Shown: in pieces, positions 18,927 through 27,973 of the stretch
How the letters are laid out: the number at the start of each line of letters is the position of its first letter
How positions within the stretch are numbered: the stretch's first letter is position 1
Assembly (NCBI RefSeq): GCF_051307035.1
Contig: NZ_CP195536.1
Coordinates: 2,670,001 to 2,702,000 of the forward strand
Length of the DNA: 32,000 nucleotides
Source: Psychrobacter sp. DM4
GTDB taxonomy: Bacteria > Pseudomonadota > Gammaproteobacteria > Pseudomonadales > Moraxellaceae
Direction: 5' to 3'
Translations under genes and position numbers: made by a program
Notes under the pieces: generated by a model
What the model was told of the DNA's origin: nothing
The model's database searches: none
What the model saw: the letters and a program-made list of their open reading frames with translations, nothing else

Positions 18927-18983
18927 TTATCTGCTTCCGCCTCGATAGTCTTCAATACTTGGTTGCTTCCTAAAATTGCATAA

Positions 18984-19289
18984 TTACTTATCTTTTGCTA
19001 CTGAGTCTATCCGCGTATCAGGCACAATCCCTAGCTCTGCGTCGCTCATCTGCTCAAGAAGTGCCTCCCCATCCGTTGCCGTACTTACACCGCTTAAGAT
19101 ACGCTGAGATTGCGCTAAATCCGTGTCTTGTACCCACAGCACAACGCCTGAGTTCATTCCTGGGATAGCGCTCAACGCTTGCAACGAGACGGTAATGCCA
19201 TTATTACGCAGTAAGTTGGCATTCAATTCGCCTTGCATATTGGTATCAAAACGAGCCAGCTTATGCCAATTATCGACTTGATCAGTCAT
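18984..19289 (-). CDS. Small DUF2007-like protein (putative signal-transducing-protein fold)
   Basis: I prefer the internal ATG at 19289 (MTDQVDNWHKLARF...), which is preceded by AAGGA at 7-nt spacing. The 48 upstream codons of the track ORF lack coding character. The pattern ...ELNANLLRNNGITVSLQ...VLWVQDTDLAQSQRIL fits DUF2007 as I recall it. Confidence 0.55.
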   Translation of the reverse strand: MTDQVDNWHKLARFDTNMQGELNANLLRNNGITVSLQALSAIPGMNSGVVLWVQDTDLAQSQRILSGVSTATDGEALLEQMSDAELGIVPDTRIDSVAKDK

Positions 19290-19511
19290 GGAGTCATCCT
19301 TAGTTGCCGCGTTAAGTACGTTAGGTTTAGCCGTCAAACTCTTGTATGCTGGGCGAGTAATCAACGAAAAGTTGATAGCCAAAATATTTTTGACCCTTTT
19401 TGCAACCAAAGTTTTGATAACCAATAGTGTCACTTAAAAAACGCCTTTCGTAGAGCCATCAAAAGAGGGGTCATTATCTTAGTGTATCGTTTTTAGAGAG
19501 CGATAAGTAAG

Positions 19512-20789
19512 TTATTCATAAACCACAAAACCTGAAGACCAGTTGATTTGACCGAGTGGATATTCGTCGATATGAAAACCATTCGGATATTCATCAAACC
19601 CTGGCTGCGTCTTAAGTTGCACGATTACGGCCTGTGCTTGAGACTCACTGGCAAACACACCAATGAGTTTAAAGTCGGCGATCTCTTTTTCCATATCGTC
19701 ATCCGTATAGCGCGTATGTTCGAGGACAAATACCGTAGCCTGATCTTTTTCGACGTGCGAGTAGTGATAAGCGGCCAAGCGCTTCATAAGATCAGGGTTT
19801 TTGACCATAATGTTATCGCCACTGCGCCCTTCGGTACGGTTGTAATGAATGACGTTTAGACGTAATAACCAAAAGATAACCGCCGCTTTTGCCAGCAGGA
19901 CTGGTAGTGCGCGGTTCTCGTCACTATCAAGCACGCGTTTGGACTCGTAACCTTGTAAGAACGCGGTCATCTTTTGACGATCAAAATCAACGGACTCGCC
20001 TTGTTCGGCATCGCCCCATGTGGTACAAAAGTCATTAATCGTGATAGCGATGTCCATCACATAATGATCGACGCTCACTTCGGTGAAATCTAATAAGCCG
20101 GTGAGTGTCTCGTTACCTTTAGTCAAGTCCCACAAAGTGTTGTCCGCGAACATATCGAGATGGCATAAACCTTTGGGCAATTTATCCAGTGGCAACTCAC
20201 TATAAGAACGCCAAATATCACTCATCAATTTGGCTTCATCACTTGGCATAAATTGTATTTCGCGGTCACGTACCTCTGGCCATGGATATAGTGCGACGCC
20301 ATAATCTTCGCTAGGTTGCAGTTCTTGCAAAGTCTCATGCAACATCGCTAGCGCCGCGCCTATCTCATAGCACATCGCTGTAGTCGTTTGCTTAGGGTGC
20401 GCGCCTGACAGGCACGGCACAACGGTGATGGCTTTGTCTTCGTAATGAATGACGTAGCGTTTATCATTGTCTTTATAATCAGTACTGTTGTCGTCACTAA
20501 TAGCTGCTTGCGATGAGTCATTCTCGATAATAGGCAGGGGCGCGGCAACAGGCAAAGTGCCGTCCAATTGACCCAAAATCACCGCCATTTTTTCGATATC
20601 GGCGGGCGGGCGCTCCTCAAATAAGGTAAATACATAGGAGTACTGACCCTCAACATCGCTTGTGGTCTGAATAAACCAGTTCGAGTTTTTGATACCTTGA
20701 GTAATCGGAATGGCGCGAGCAAACGACACCCCAAAACTTGAGCAAAAGGCGGCAAATTGATCATCAGTCAACTGGGTATAAACAGACAT
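19512..20789 (-). CDS. thrB: Homoserine kinase type II (APH/protein-kinase fold) with an extra ~75-aa C-terminal domain
   Basis: N-terminus MSVYTQLTDDQFAAFCSSFGV...GIKNSNWFI is typical of Pseudomonas-type ThrB. Catalytic loop CHLDMFADN and the LLDF metal-binding motif are present. At 425 aa it is longer than the ~310-330 aa usual for this type. Confidence 0.75.
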   Translation of the reverse strand: MSVYTQLTDDQFAAFCSSFGVSFARAIPITQGIKNSNWFIQTTSDVEGQYSYVFTLFEERPPADIEKMAVILGQLDGTLPVAAPLPIIENDSSQAAISDDNSTDYKDNDKRYVIHYEDKAITVVPCLSGAHPKQTTTAMCYEIGAALAMLHETLQELQPSEDYGVALYPWPEVRDREIQFMPSDEAKLMSDIWRSYSELPLDKLPKGLCHLDMFADNTLWDLTKGNETLTGLLDFTEVSVDHYVMDIAITINDFCTTWGDAEQGESVDFDRQKMTAFLQGYESKRVLDSDENRALPVLLAKAAVIFWLLRLNVIHYNRTEGRSGDNIMVKNPDLMKRLAAYHYSHVEKDQATVFVLEHTRYTDDDMEKEIADFKLIGVFASESQAQAVIVQLKTQPGFDEYPNGFHIDEYPLGQINWSSGFVVYE

Positions 20790-20902
20790 AAGCTTCTCTT
20801 TAATAGCGGCATGTAAATGTTGGGAGCATTTTAGGCGACATTATACCGAAAATCTACGATCAAGCGTGAAACAAGTCAGTATGCCAGTCACCGCAAGACA
20901 GA

Positions 20903-21763
20903 CTAAGCGTTCTTAGCAATCTCAAGTCCTTCTTCTATTGAGAGATAAGCAGGCTCATGAGGGATGTCTTGGTGAATGATACTGCCGTCTCTAAATATGA
21001 CGCATTCATTGACTGCCAGCTGTTGCCAGTTCTCATCACGCGTAAGCGGCGTGGTCACAATTACGGTCATGACATCGTCATCGCTATTGATTTGCGCAAA
21101 GTCCATGGTGGCCTCATTATTAACATCAGTATCGACCAAAGTCGCAGAGGCAAAAGGCGCTTGGCGCGTAACGTGGAACAACAAGGTTGTGGCATAACTG
21201 AGCATCCACTCGCCATTAGATAATAGACAATTAAACAGCCCATAACCCGCCAAAAATCTGCATTGCTCGGTCAAAAAAGCATAGAGAGTCTCATCATCAG
21301 GCTTGTGCTCAAAACGCTCTTTGAGCTGATTTAGCATATAACAAAAGGCAAATTCTGAATCGGTATCGCCAATGGGACAATAATAGCGGCTGGTACCCTG
21401 CCTAATAGGATCATCATCCATCGCCTCTTGAATTGTCATTTTGCCGTTGTGTGAGAACACCCAAGGCTCGCCCCATATCTCACGGACGAAGGGGTGAGCA
21501 TTACTGAGTAGGCTATCATCAGACTGACGAATATGGACGATAGTATTGCTCGCTTTGATGCGGGTTTGGCTCACTAGTTCTGCCAGTGGCGAGTCCATCG
21601 CTGAGCGATCGTCACAATAATGACGCAGTCCTGTTGGCTCAAAGTACGCGATACCAAAACCATCTGTATGGTCATCGGTGACACCGCCACGCAGACGAAA
21701 ACCTGTGAAAGAAAAGCGGATGTCAGCAGGATTTTTGCTGTTCATGGCGAGCAGTTGACACAT
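20903..21763 (-). CDS. Class-II (Ntn-type) glutamine amidotransferase, YafJ-like, paralog 2
   Basis: The true start must be the ATG at 21763 (MCQLLAMNSKN...) so that Cys is the N-terminal nucleophile. The 59 upstream codons of the track ORF cross the hisF promoter region. The protein aligns end to end with the 18021-18926 product. Confidence 0.8.
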   Translation of the reverse strand: MCQLLAMNSKNPADIRFSFTGFRLRGGVTDDHTDGFGIAYFEPTGLRHYCDDRSAMDSPLAELVSQTRIKASNTIVHIRQSDDSLLSNAHPFVREIWGEPWVFSHNGKMTIQEAMDDDPIRQGTSRYYCPIGDTDSEFAFCYMLNQLKERFEHKPDDETLYAFLTEQCRFLAGYGLFNCLLSNGEWMLSYATTLLFHVTRQAPFASATLVDTDVNNEATMDFAQINSDDDVMTVIVTTPLTRDENWQQLAVNECVIFRDGSIIHQDIPHEPAYLSIEEGLEIAKNA

Positions 21764-21860
21764 AAAGAGCCTTTGGGTTTGTTTTGTAAAAAGGTAACGC
21801 GTATCATAGCATTGTGTGGTTTTTACCTCTGTATTCTTATGCGACTTATTAGGCGGTTTT

Positions 21861-22643
21861 ATGCTAGCAAAACGTATTATTCCCTGTTTGGATGTGGACA
21901 ATGGACGCGTGGTCAAAGGCGTGCAATTCGTCGATATCATAGACGCAGGCGATCCCGTCGAAGTCGCCCGTCGCTACAACGAGCAAGGCGCAGATGAGAT
22001 TACTTTTTTGGACATTACCGCCACCAGTGACGCGCGTGATACCACTTATCACACGGTTGAGCGCATGGCAGAAACCGTGTTCGTACCTTTGACCGTTGGC
22101 GGCGGCGTGCGCAAAATTAGCGACATTCGCAATTTGCTCAATGCTGGCGCGGATAAAGTGGCGATTAATTCAGCAGCGGTGTTTACGCCAGAGTTCGTTG
22201 GGGAGGCGGCGCAGAAATTTGGCAGTCAATGCATCGTCGTTGCTATCGATGCCAAGCGCGTTGCCGATATCGATGTGAACGGCATTCTTGTGCCGCGCTG
22301 GGAAATATTCACCCATGGTGGGCGCAAACCGACCGGTATTGACGCTGTTGCTTGGGCGAGCAAAATGGCAGATCTGGGCGCAGGCGAGTTATTAGTGACT
22401 TCAATGGATGGTGATGGCACCAAAAAGGGCTATGATCTAGCGCTAATGAAGCAGATTACCGATCAAGTCAACATTCCTGTTATTGCCTCAGGCGGCGTCG
22501 GTAACCTCGAGCATTTAGCCCAAGGCGTATTGCAAGGCGGCGTCGATGCAGTACTGGCAGCCAGTATCTTTCACTTCGGCGAGTTTACTGTTGGCGAGGC
22601 CAAAGCGTACATGGCAGCGCAAGGGATAACTATGCGTTTGTAG
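21861..22643 (+). CDS. hisF: Imidazole glycerol phosphate synthase, cyclase subunit HisF
   Basis: Starts [12 protein letters not shown] at ATG 21861. HisF blocks [15 protein letters not shown]-like VAIDAK and [15 protein letters not shown] are present. Confidence 0.93.
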   Translation: MLAKRIIPCLDVDNGRVVKGVQFVDIIDAGDPVEVARRYNEQGADEITFLDITATSDARDTTYHTVERMAETVFVPLTVGGGVRKISDIRNLLNAGADKVAINSAAVFTPEFVGEAAQKFGSQCIVVAIDAKRVADIDVNGILVPRWEIFTHGGRKPTGIDAVAWASKMADLGAGELLVTSMDGDGTKKGYDLALMKQITDQVNIPVIASGGVGNLEHLAQGVLQGGVDAVLAASIFHFGEFTVGEAKAYMAAQGITMRL

Positions 22644-22749
22644 AGCGTTTAAGGGCATTCGTATTAAGTTTACAAGGATCAGCTAATCCACAAATAAAGG
22701 TGTAAAAATGCTATCATAGCGCCACTCATTTATTTTTATTAGTTTGCTA

Positions 22750-22783
22750 GTTAGTTAACAGTCAAGTTATGACTGAAACTAAC
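22750..22783 (+). other. Imperfect inverted repeat or hairpin upstream of ribH
   Basis: GTTAGTT-AA-CAGTCA-AGTTA-TGACTG-A-AACTAAC: 7 + 6 bp of pairing with a small internal loop. There is no T-run after it. It lies 54 nt upstream of the ribH ATG. Confidence 0.8.
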
Positions 22784-22836
22784 CATTCAATTGCATCTTA
22801 ACGCTTATCAATATTTATAAACTTAAGGATATCTCT

Positions 22837-23376
22837 ATGTCAAATTTACAGCAGCAACGCGATAATATTACTCATATCGATGGTAACTTGCATCAAAATG
22901 AAGACGCTCGTATCGGTATCGTCGTTGGTCGCTTTAACGCTTTTGTCGTTGAGTCATTAGTTGATGGTGCTATTGATGCTCTGCTTCGTCACGGCGTATT
23001 AGGTAGCAATATCACCGTCGTTCGCGTACCAGGTGCTTATGAGTTACCACTCGTCGCCCAGCGCGCTGCTGAGTCTGACCGTTTTGATGCGATTATTGCT
23101 TTGGGCGCGGTCATTCGTGGTAGCACGCCGCATTTTGATTTTGTAGCGGGCGAATCAGCCAAAGGCCTTAGTAGTGTGGCTATGGATTACAATATTCCTG
23201 TCGCCAACGGTGTATTGACCACCGATAGCATTGAGCAAGCGATTGAGCGCTCAGGTACCAAAGCGGGTAACAAAGGCAGCGATGCGGCGATGGTCGTACT
23301 TGAGATGCTAGCGGTGTTATCGCAATTAGATATTGATGATGACTATGATGACCGCAATGATAGCGATGACGCTTAA
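22837..23376 (+). CDS. ribH: 6,7-dimethyl-8-ribityllumazine synthase
   Basis: Blocks [19 protein letters not shown] and STPHFDFV. It carries an acidic C-terminal tail, [15 protein letters not shown]. Confidence 0.92.
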   Translation: MSNLQQQRDNITHIDGNLHQNEDARIGIVVGRFNAFVVESLVDGAIDALLRHGVLGSNITVVRVPGAYELPLVAQRAAESDRFDAIIALGAVIRGSTPHFDFVAGESAKGLSSVAMDYNIPVANGVLTTDSIEQAIERSGTKAGNKGSDAAMVVLEMLAVLSQLDIDDDYDDRNDSDDA

Positions 23377-23593
23377 TTAGCGATTGCTTTATAACGACTG
23401 ATAAAGAGTAATAAGTGCTAGGGCTGTTGATTCCACAATAACTCTAGCATTCACAAGCTTAACCTGACTGTCATCTCTGCCAGTCTGCTACTATTTAACA
23501 TTATATTTTTATACCACTTACGACAGTGAAAGCGGCCATTTTAGCTCTATTTTTGAGCATGGTATTATTGACAAATTTAGGTATTCACCCCTT

Positions 23594-24433
23594 ATGACCG
23601 ACCAACTCAAGCGCGCTCTGAATGACGCACAGACTGATTCTATCACTCAAACGCCCGCCCGCGATGATGAGCAACATTTCGATGTCAGTGAATCTTCGTA
23701 CAAAACCAGTCATACTGCCGTACGTAAAGCGCGGCGTTTTGCTATGCAAGGTCTGTATGAGTGGCTGGTCACCGATCGCCGTTTTGATACGACGGACAAG
23801 CGTAGCTGGCTGGACAATGCCCCATATGACATCGCTGCCCGTACGCGCGCGACCAATGCTATGCACACCGTACACATTGGCTACTATCATGAGATGATGC
23901 GCGATATCCCAGAGCAAATAGAGGCTTTAGACACGCTAATAGCTGAGCAACTTGATCGCGGAATTGAGAAGTTAGATACCGTTGAGCACGCTATCTTACT
24001 CATCGGCGCTTATGAGTTACAGCACCGTCTTGAGATTCCCTACAAAGTCGTCCTTGATGAAGCGATGAAGCTGAACAATCATTTTGGTGCAACTGACGCT
24101 CATAAGCTTATCAACGCCGTACTCGATAGAATGGCGATAGAATTACGCGCGCTCGAAGTTCAAGCCGATACCAAAGCCAATCTACGCACCTCACAAAAGG
24201 CGGCAACCAAACAAGCGAAAGCCAGTCAAAACGAGAGTCAAACAGCAGTACAGTCAGAGACTCAAACTGATGAGCCGACTGCTTCAAACAAGCCGCGTAT
24301 CAGTGCCAATAAAACAGGCGTCAAACGTGACCGTCTCAAACCTAGCTCAGCAACGGCGACTAAGCAGGCTATCCAAAAAGCAAGCGCTCAGCCTATACAA
24401 GCGGATGATTTGAACAGTAAAGACGAGTCATGA
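23594..24433 (+). CDS. nusB: Transcription antitermination factor NusB with N- and C-terminal extensions
   Basis: The NusB core runs from [12 protein letters not shown] to INAVLDRMA and is flanked by ~45 extra N-terminal and ~90 extra C-terminal residues. The C-terminal tail is rich in K, Q, S, T and A. The stop overlaps the thiL start (ATGA). The exact start codon is uncertain because no clear Shine-Dalgarno sequence is present. Confidence 0.85.
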   Translation: MTDQLKRALNDAQTDSITQTPARDDEQHFDVSESSYKTSHTAVRKARRFAMQGLYEWLVTDRRFDTTDKRSWLDNAPYDIAARTRATNAMHTVHIGYYHEMMRDIPEQIEALDTLIAEQLDRGIEKLDTVEHAILLIGAYELQHRLEIPYKVVLDEAMKLNNHFGATDAHKLINAVLDRMAIELRALEVQADTKANLRTSQKAATKQAKASQNESQTAVQSETQTDEPTASNKPRISANKTGVKRDRLKPSSATATKQAIQKASAQPIQADDLNSKDES

Positions 24434-25488
24434 ACGAGTTTGAACTGATCAATCAAATATTTTTAGGCCTGCAAGATGCCAAGCAAATACAGGTAGGAAT
24501 AAACAACGGTATCGAGCAAGGTATCGGTGATGATGCTGCGGTAACGAAAATGCCGACGGACTCGCGCTTGGTCAGCTGTATTGATACTTTAGTCCAGGGC
24601 AGACACTTTAGTGCTAACTGGGATGAGATTGATACACTAGCATTTCAAATTGGCTATAAAGCTGTCGCAGTCAACATCTCAGACCTTGCCGCTATGGGCG
24701 CGACACCGCACAGTATCTTGCTCGCCCTAGCATTACCAGAACGCTTAGCTCATAAAGAATGGCTGACTGACTTTGCCAAAGGCTTGTTCCACGCGTGCAC
24801 ATTATTCGGAGTGACTTTAATCGGCGGTGATACCACACGTAGCGAGAACTTGATACTTAGCGTGAGTGCGCAGGGCTACTTAAATGCTAGCACGCCAGCC
24901 ATTTATCGCTCAGGCGCGCAGGTCGGCGACAAGGTTTATGTATCTGGCAGTATTGGTGATGCCGCTTATGCTCTAGACCATGCTGATAATAACATTGGTC
25001 AAAGTCTCTCTCATCGCTTGCATATGCCAACCCCTCGTATTGCTCTAGGCGCCGCGCTCGCGCGAATCGGTACGACAGCGATGATCGATATATCAGACGG
25101 TCTCTATCAAGACCTTGGACATATCTGTCAGCAGAGCGGCGTTACCATACAGCTCAATCTTGAAGATCTACCTACTAGCGAGGCGCTATCTAGTATAGAG
25201 ATAGCAGAGCGCCTGCAATGTCAACTGACAGGCGGCGATGATTACGAGCTTGTCTTTACTTTGCCTACTGATATTGCATCAACTTTTGGTAATAAAACTA
25301 ATACTCAGATCACTTGTATTGGTGAGGTGACGGCTTTGGCACTAATAGACCAAGATACAAGCTCTAATAGCAGCGCTAGCAAGCCTTGTATTCAGCTGTT
25401 TTATCAAGGTCAGCCAGTGACCACAGCAAACCCTGCGCCTTTTACCAGCTTACCCAACTTGAGCGGTTACCAACACTTTATAGGTTAG
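24430..25488 (+). CDS. thiL: Thiamine-monophosphate kinase
   Basis: AIR-synthase-like fold motifs [12 protein letters not shown] and DISDGL. It follows the conserved nusB-thiL-pgpA order. Confidence 0.9.
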   Translation: MNEFELINQIFLGLQDAKQIQVGINNGIEQGIGDDAAVTKMPTDSRLVSCIDTLVQGRHFSANWDEIDTLAFQIGYKAVAVNISDLAAMGATPHSILLALALPERLAHKEWLTDFAKGLFHACTLFGVTLIGGDTTRSENLILSVSAQGYLNASTPAIYRSGAQVGDKVYVSGSIGDAAYALDHADNNIGQSLSHRLHMPTPRIALGAALARIGTTAMIDISDGLYQDLGHICQQSGVTIQLNLEDLPTSEALSSIEIAERLQCQLTGGDDYELVFTLPTDIASTFGNKTNTQITCIGEVTALALIDQDTSSNSSASKPCIQLFYQGQPVTTANPAPFTSLPNLSGYQHFIG

Positions 25489-25491
25489 CCC

Positions 25492-26085
25492 ATGACCAAC
25501 GACGCGCCAAATGCCAACAACCATAAACCTGATATCAGCAAAGCTAATAACTGCCCGCGCCTGTCCGCTACGGCAAGCTTACTTGATCGCATCGTCTACT
25601 GGCTCGGTATTGGTCTGGGTAGTGGTTTGCCGCGCCGCGCTCCGGGTACATGGGGCACTGTTGGTGGACTTATCGTTGCCATTCCTTTGATGAGTTTGGG
25701 GTTTATCCCCTTTTTTATCATCACTATCTTATCAAGTATTATCGGCATATGGATATGCGGGCGCACCTCCAAGCTCATGCAGGTCCATGATGACCCGCAT
25801 ATTGTCTGGGATGAGTGGGCGGGCATGTGGATCACCTTACTACCCTTTTCTTATTTAGGCGTGGCGAGCACTAGCTTTTGGCAGGATATTTCTGATACCA
25901 CCTCTGTCTTTGCCCTTATCATCGCCTTTATATTATTTCGGTTCTTTGACATTATAAAGCCGCCGCCCATTGGCTGGGCCGATAGACAGGTCGCAGGTGG
26001 TCTTGGCATCATGCTTGATGACATTATTGCAGGCGTGATGGCTGCTATTGTTTGGGTTGTCGCTATGATGGGTTTGCTGCTCTAG
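25492..26085 (+). CDS. pgpA: Phosphatidylglycerophosphatase A
   Basis: Motifs APGTWGT and DEWAGMW plus a hydrophobic core. It follows thiL, as in many gammaproteobacteria. Confidence 0.88.
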   Translation: MTNDAPNANNHKPDISKANNCPRLSATASLLDRIVYWLGIGLGSGLPRRAPGTWGTVGGLIVAIPLMSLGFIPFFIITILSSIIGIWICGRTSKLMQVHDDPHIVWDEWAGMWITLLPFSYLGVASTSFWQDISDTTSVFALIIAFILFRFFDIIKPPPIGWADRQVAGGLGIMLDDIIAGVMAAIVWVVAMMGLLL

Positions 26086-26195
26086 CATTTTTACATTAAT
26101 GGCTCACATCTTTAACTTTTTTTGTCCTCACTTTACTATTAAAGCGTTTCCCTAATGTTATCAAGCTTATCAGTCATAAACCTTACTATTCGGAT

Positions 26196-26224
26196 ATGAC
26201 TTTTGGGCTATTTTGCGTTATAAT
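26196..26224 (+). promoter_or_regulatory. Candidate sigma70 promoter for glmU
   Basis: -35 ATGACT (26196-26201), a 17-nt spacer, then a perfect -10 TATAAT (26219-26224). It lies 37 nt upstream of the glmU ATG. Confidence 0.4.
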
Positions 26225-26260
26225 TCAAAATTATATTTTGTTACATTTGTGGAGTGTAAA

Positions 26261-27655
26261 ATGTCGGCGTCTATCAAAACATCGCTATCTGTGATTATCC
26301 TAGCGGCTGGCAAAGGCACGCGCATGCAATCAGCTAAGCCCAAAGTGCTACAGACTTTGGCGAGCAAACCGCTACTCGGTCACGTCCTTGAGACTTGTCA
26401 TCATTTGACGGTAGATAATACTGTGGTGGTTTATGGTTTTGGCGGTGATCAAGTCCAGTCAGCAATGGATAGTCAATACGCGCATCTGTCTCTAACTTGG
26501 GTCGCGCAAACGGAGCAGTTAGGCACAGGGCATGCGGTCAAGGTTGCTCTTGACAAGCTACCACAGGACGGTCAAAGCCTTATTCTCTATGGTGATGTGC
26601 CTCTGGTTAGTGCAGCAACTTTAGCTAATTTGCAGGCGGCTAACACCGATGGTATATCGATGCTGACCCTTACCGTAGACAACCCTTTTGGTCTAGGTCG
26701 TATTAAGCGTGATAATCAAGGCAACATAGAAGCTATCGTTGAGCAAAAAGACGCAAGCGACGCTGAGCAAAAAATTACTGAAATTAATAGCGGTATCTAT
26801 TGCGTCGATAATGCGCTACTTCACAAGTACCTGCCTGAGCTGTCAAACGATAATGCACAAGGCGAGTACTACCTCACCGATATCGTCAAGATGGCAGTCG
26901 CTGATAGCATTATTATCACAGCGATAGAGCCGGATCATGCTTTTGAGATCGAAGGTGTCAATAATCGCCAGCAGCTCGCCAGCTTAGAGCGCTCTTGGCA
27001 AGGCAAGCTCATTGCTGACTTGCAAGAAGCAGGTGTTCAGTTCGCTGATCCTGCGCGCGTTGATATTCGTGGTAGCTTAATCGCAGGGCAAGATGTGTTC
27101 GTCGATGTCGGCGTAGTATTTGAGGGTGATTGCGTCTTAGGCGATAACGTCTATATCGAGGCGGGCTGCGTGATCAAGAGCTCAAAGATTGGTGATGCCT
27201 GTCACCTCAAGCCATATTGCGTGATTGACCATACCAAGATTGGCGCAGGCGTCGACGTGGGTCCTTTTGCGCATTTACGTCCTGATACCGTATTGGCTGA
27301 TAACAGTAAAGTTGGCAACTTCGTTGAGATCAAAAAGTCTGTTGTCGGTCAGGGCAGCAAGGTCAATCATCTCAGTTACATCGGTGATGCGACTATCGGC
27401 AGCAACGCCAATATTGGCGCGGGTACGATCACTTGTAACTATGATGGCGCAAACAAATCGCAAACTATTATCAAAGATAATGCTTTTATTGGCTCGAACT
27501 CTAGCCTAGTAGCTCCAGTGACTATTGGTAATACGGCGACTGTAGCGGCGGGTTCTGTCATTACCAAAGACGTTGACGCCAATGCTTTGGCTTTTGGTCG
27601 TGCTAGACAAAGTCAAAAAGATAACTTTGAGCGTCCCGTAAAGAATAAAAAGTAA
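26261..27655 (+). CDS. glmU: Bifunctional UDP-N-acetylglucosamine pyrophosphorylase / glucosamine-1-phosphate N-acetyltransferase
   Basis: ATG at 26261 is preceded by GGAG (26251-26254). LAAGKGTRM nucleotidyltransferase motif and C-terminal hexapeptide-repeat (left-handed beta-helix) region. 464 aa. Confidence 0.93.
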   Translation: MSASIKTSLSVIILAAGKGTRMQSAKPKVLQTLASKPLLGHVLETCHHLTVDNTVVVYGFGGDQVQSAMDSQYAHLSLTWVAQTEQLGTGHAVKVALDKLPQDGQSLILYGDVPLVSAATLANLQAANTDGISMLTLTVDNPFGLGRIKRDNQGNIEAIVEQKDASDAEQKITEINSGIYCVDNALLHKYLPELSNDNAQGEYYLTDIVKMAVADSIIITAIEPDHAFEIEGVNNRQQLASLERSWQGKLIADLQEAGVQFADPARVDIRGSLIAGQDVFVDVGVVFEGDCVLGDNVYIEAGCVIKSSKIGDACHLKPYCVIDHTKIGAGVDVGPFAHLRPDTVLADNSKVGNFVEIKKSVVGQGSKVNHLSYIGDATIGSNANIGAGTITCNYDGANKSQTIIKDNAFIGSNSSLVAPVTIGNTATVAAGSVITKDVDANALAFGRARQSQKDNFERPVKNKK

Positions 27656-27677
27656 GCCATATTTTATTGATACTGAT

Positions 27678-27713
27678 AAGCCGTACAGTGATAAGTAAAT
27701 TGCTGTGCGGCTT
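27678..27713 (+). terminator. Hairpin just after glmU; possible weak terminator or attenuator
   Basis: AAGCCGTACAG, a 14-nt loop, then CTGTGCGGCTT: an 11-bp stem with one G-U pair, 23 nt after the glmU stop. The T-rich tract ATTTTAT begins only ~8 nt after the stem, so this is not canonical. Confidence 0.35.
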
Positions 27714-27721
27714 ACAGCGTA

Positions 27722-27737
27722 TTTTATACGTATAAAA
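27722..27737. repeat. 16-bp perfect palindrome TTTTATACGTATAAAA in the glmU-glmS spacer
   Basis: Read directly from the sequence. TTTTATAC is the exact reverse complement of GTATAAAA. Confidence 0.9.
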
Positions 27738-27973
27738 CACATATAGTCAATCCAATACAAAACGATACAGCACCACTGGCATTTGTTTTTTGCAGGCTCG
27801 AAGCAGCGTAGACACAGCAAGCAAAAAAAATGAATAGCAGTGGTGCGGCTTTAAAAGTCGTCTCTCTTTTATTGTAAACCTACTATATAAACGTTTTGAC
27901 TGCTCATCGATCGGTAAATAGCCCTCTTGTTAGCCGTCATCTCATAAATAACTATCTTAAAAAAGGAATCGCT

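Noticed and set aside
22644-22836. An FMN riboswitch upstream of ribH, and a glmS ribozyme upstream of glmS (27656-27973).
   Set aside because: Neither region shows the conserved core sequences or multi-stem architecture of those RNA families as I remember them. Only simple hairpins and palindromes are present. A covariance-model scan would be needed for certainty.
27896-27973. N-terminal extensions of track ORFs: glmS from 27896, glmU from 26213, hisF from 21816, the second amidotransferase to 21940, ftsL to 5489, the DUF2007 gene to 19433, the membrane protein from 9898, the secreted protein from 8597 and the 150-aa gene to 31391.
   Set aside because: The extensions lack homology and coding character, and several start at TTG. 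Conserved N-termini (MCGIVGAV, MCQLLAM with obligatory Cys2, [21 protein letters not shown] shortly after the Met) and properly spaced Shine-Dalgarno sequences support the internal starts.
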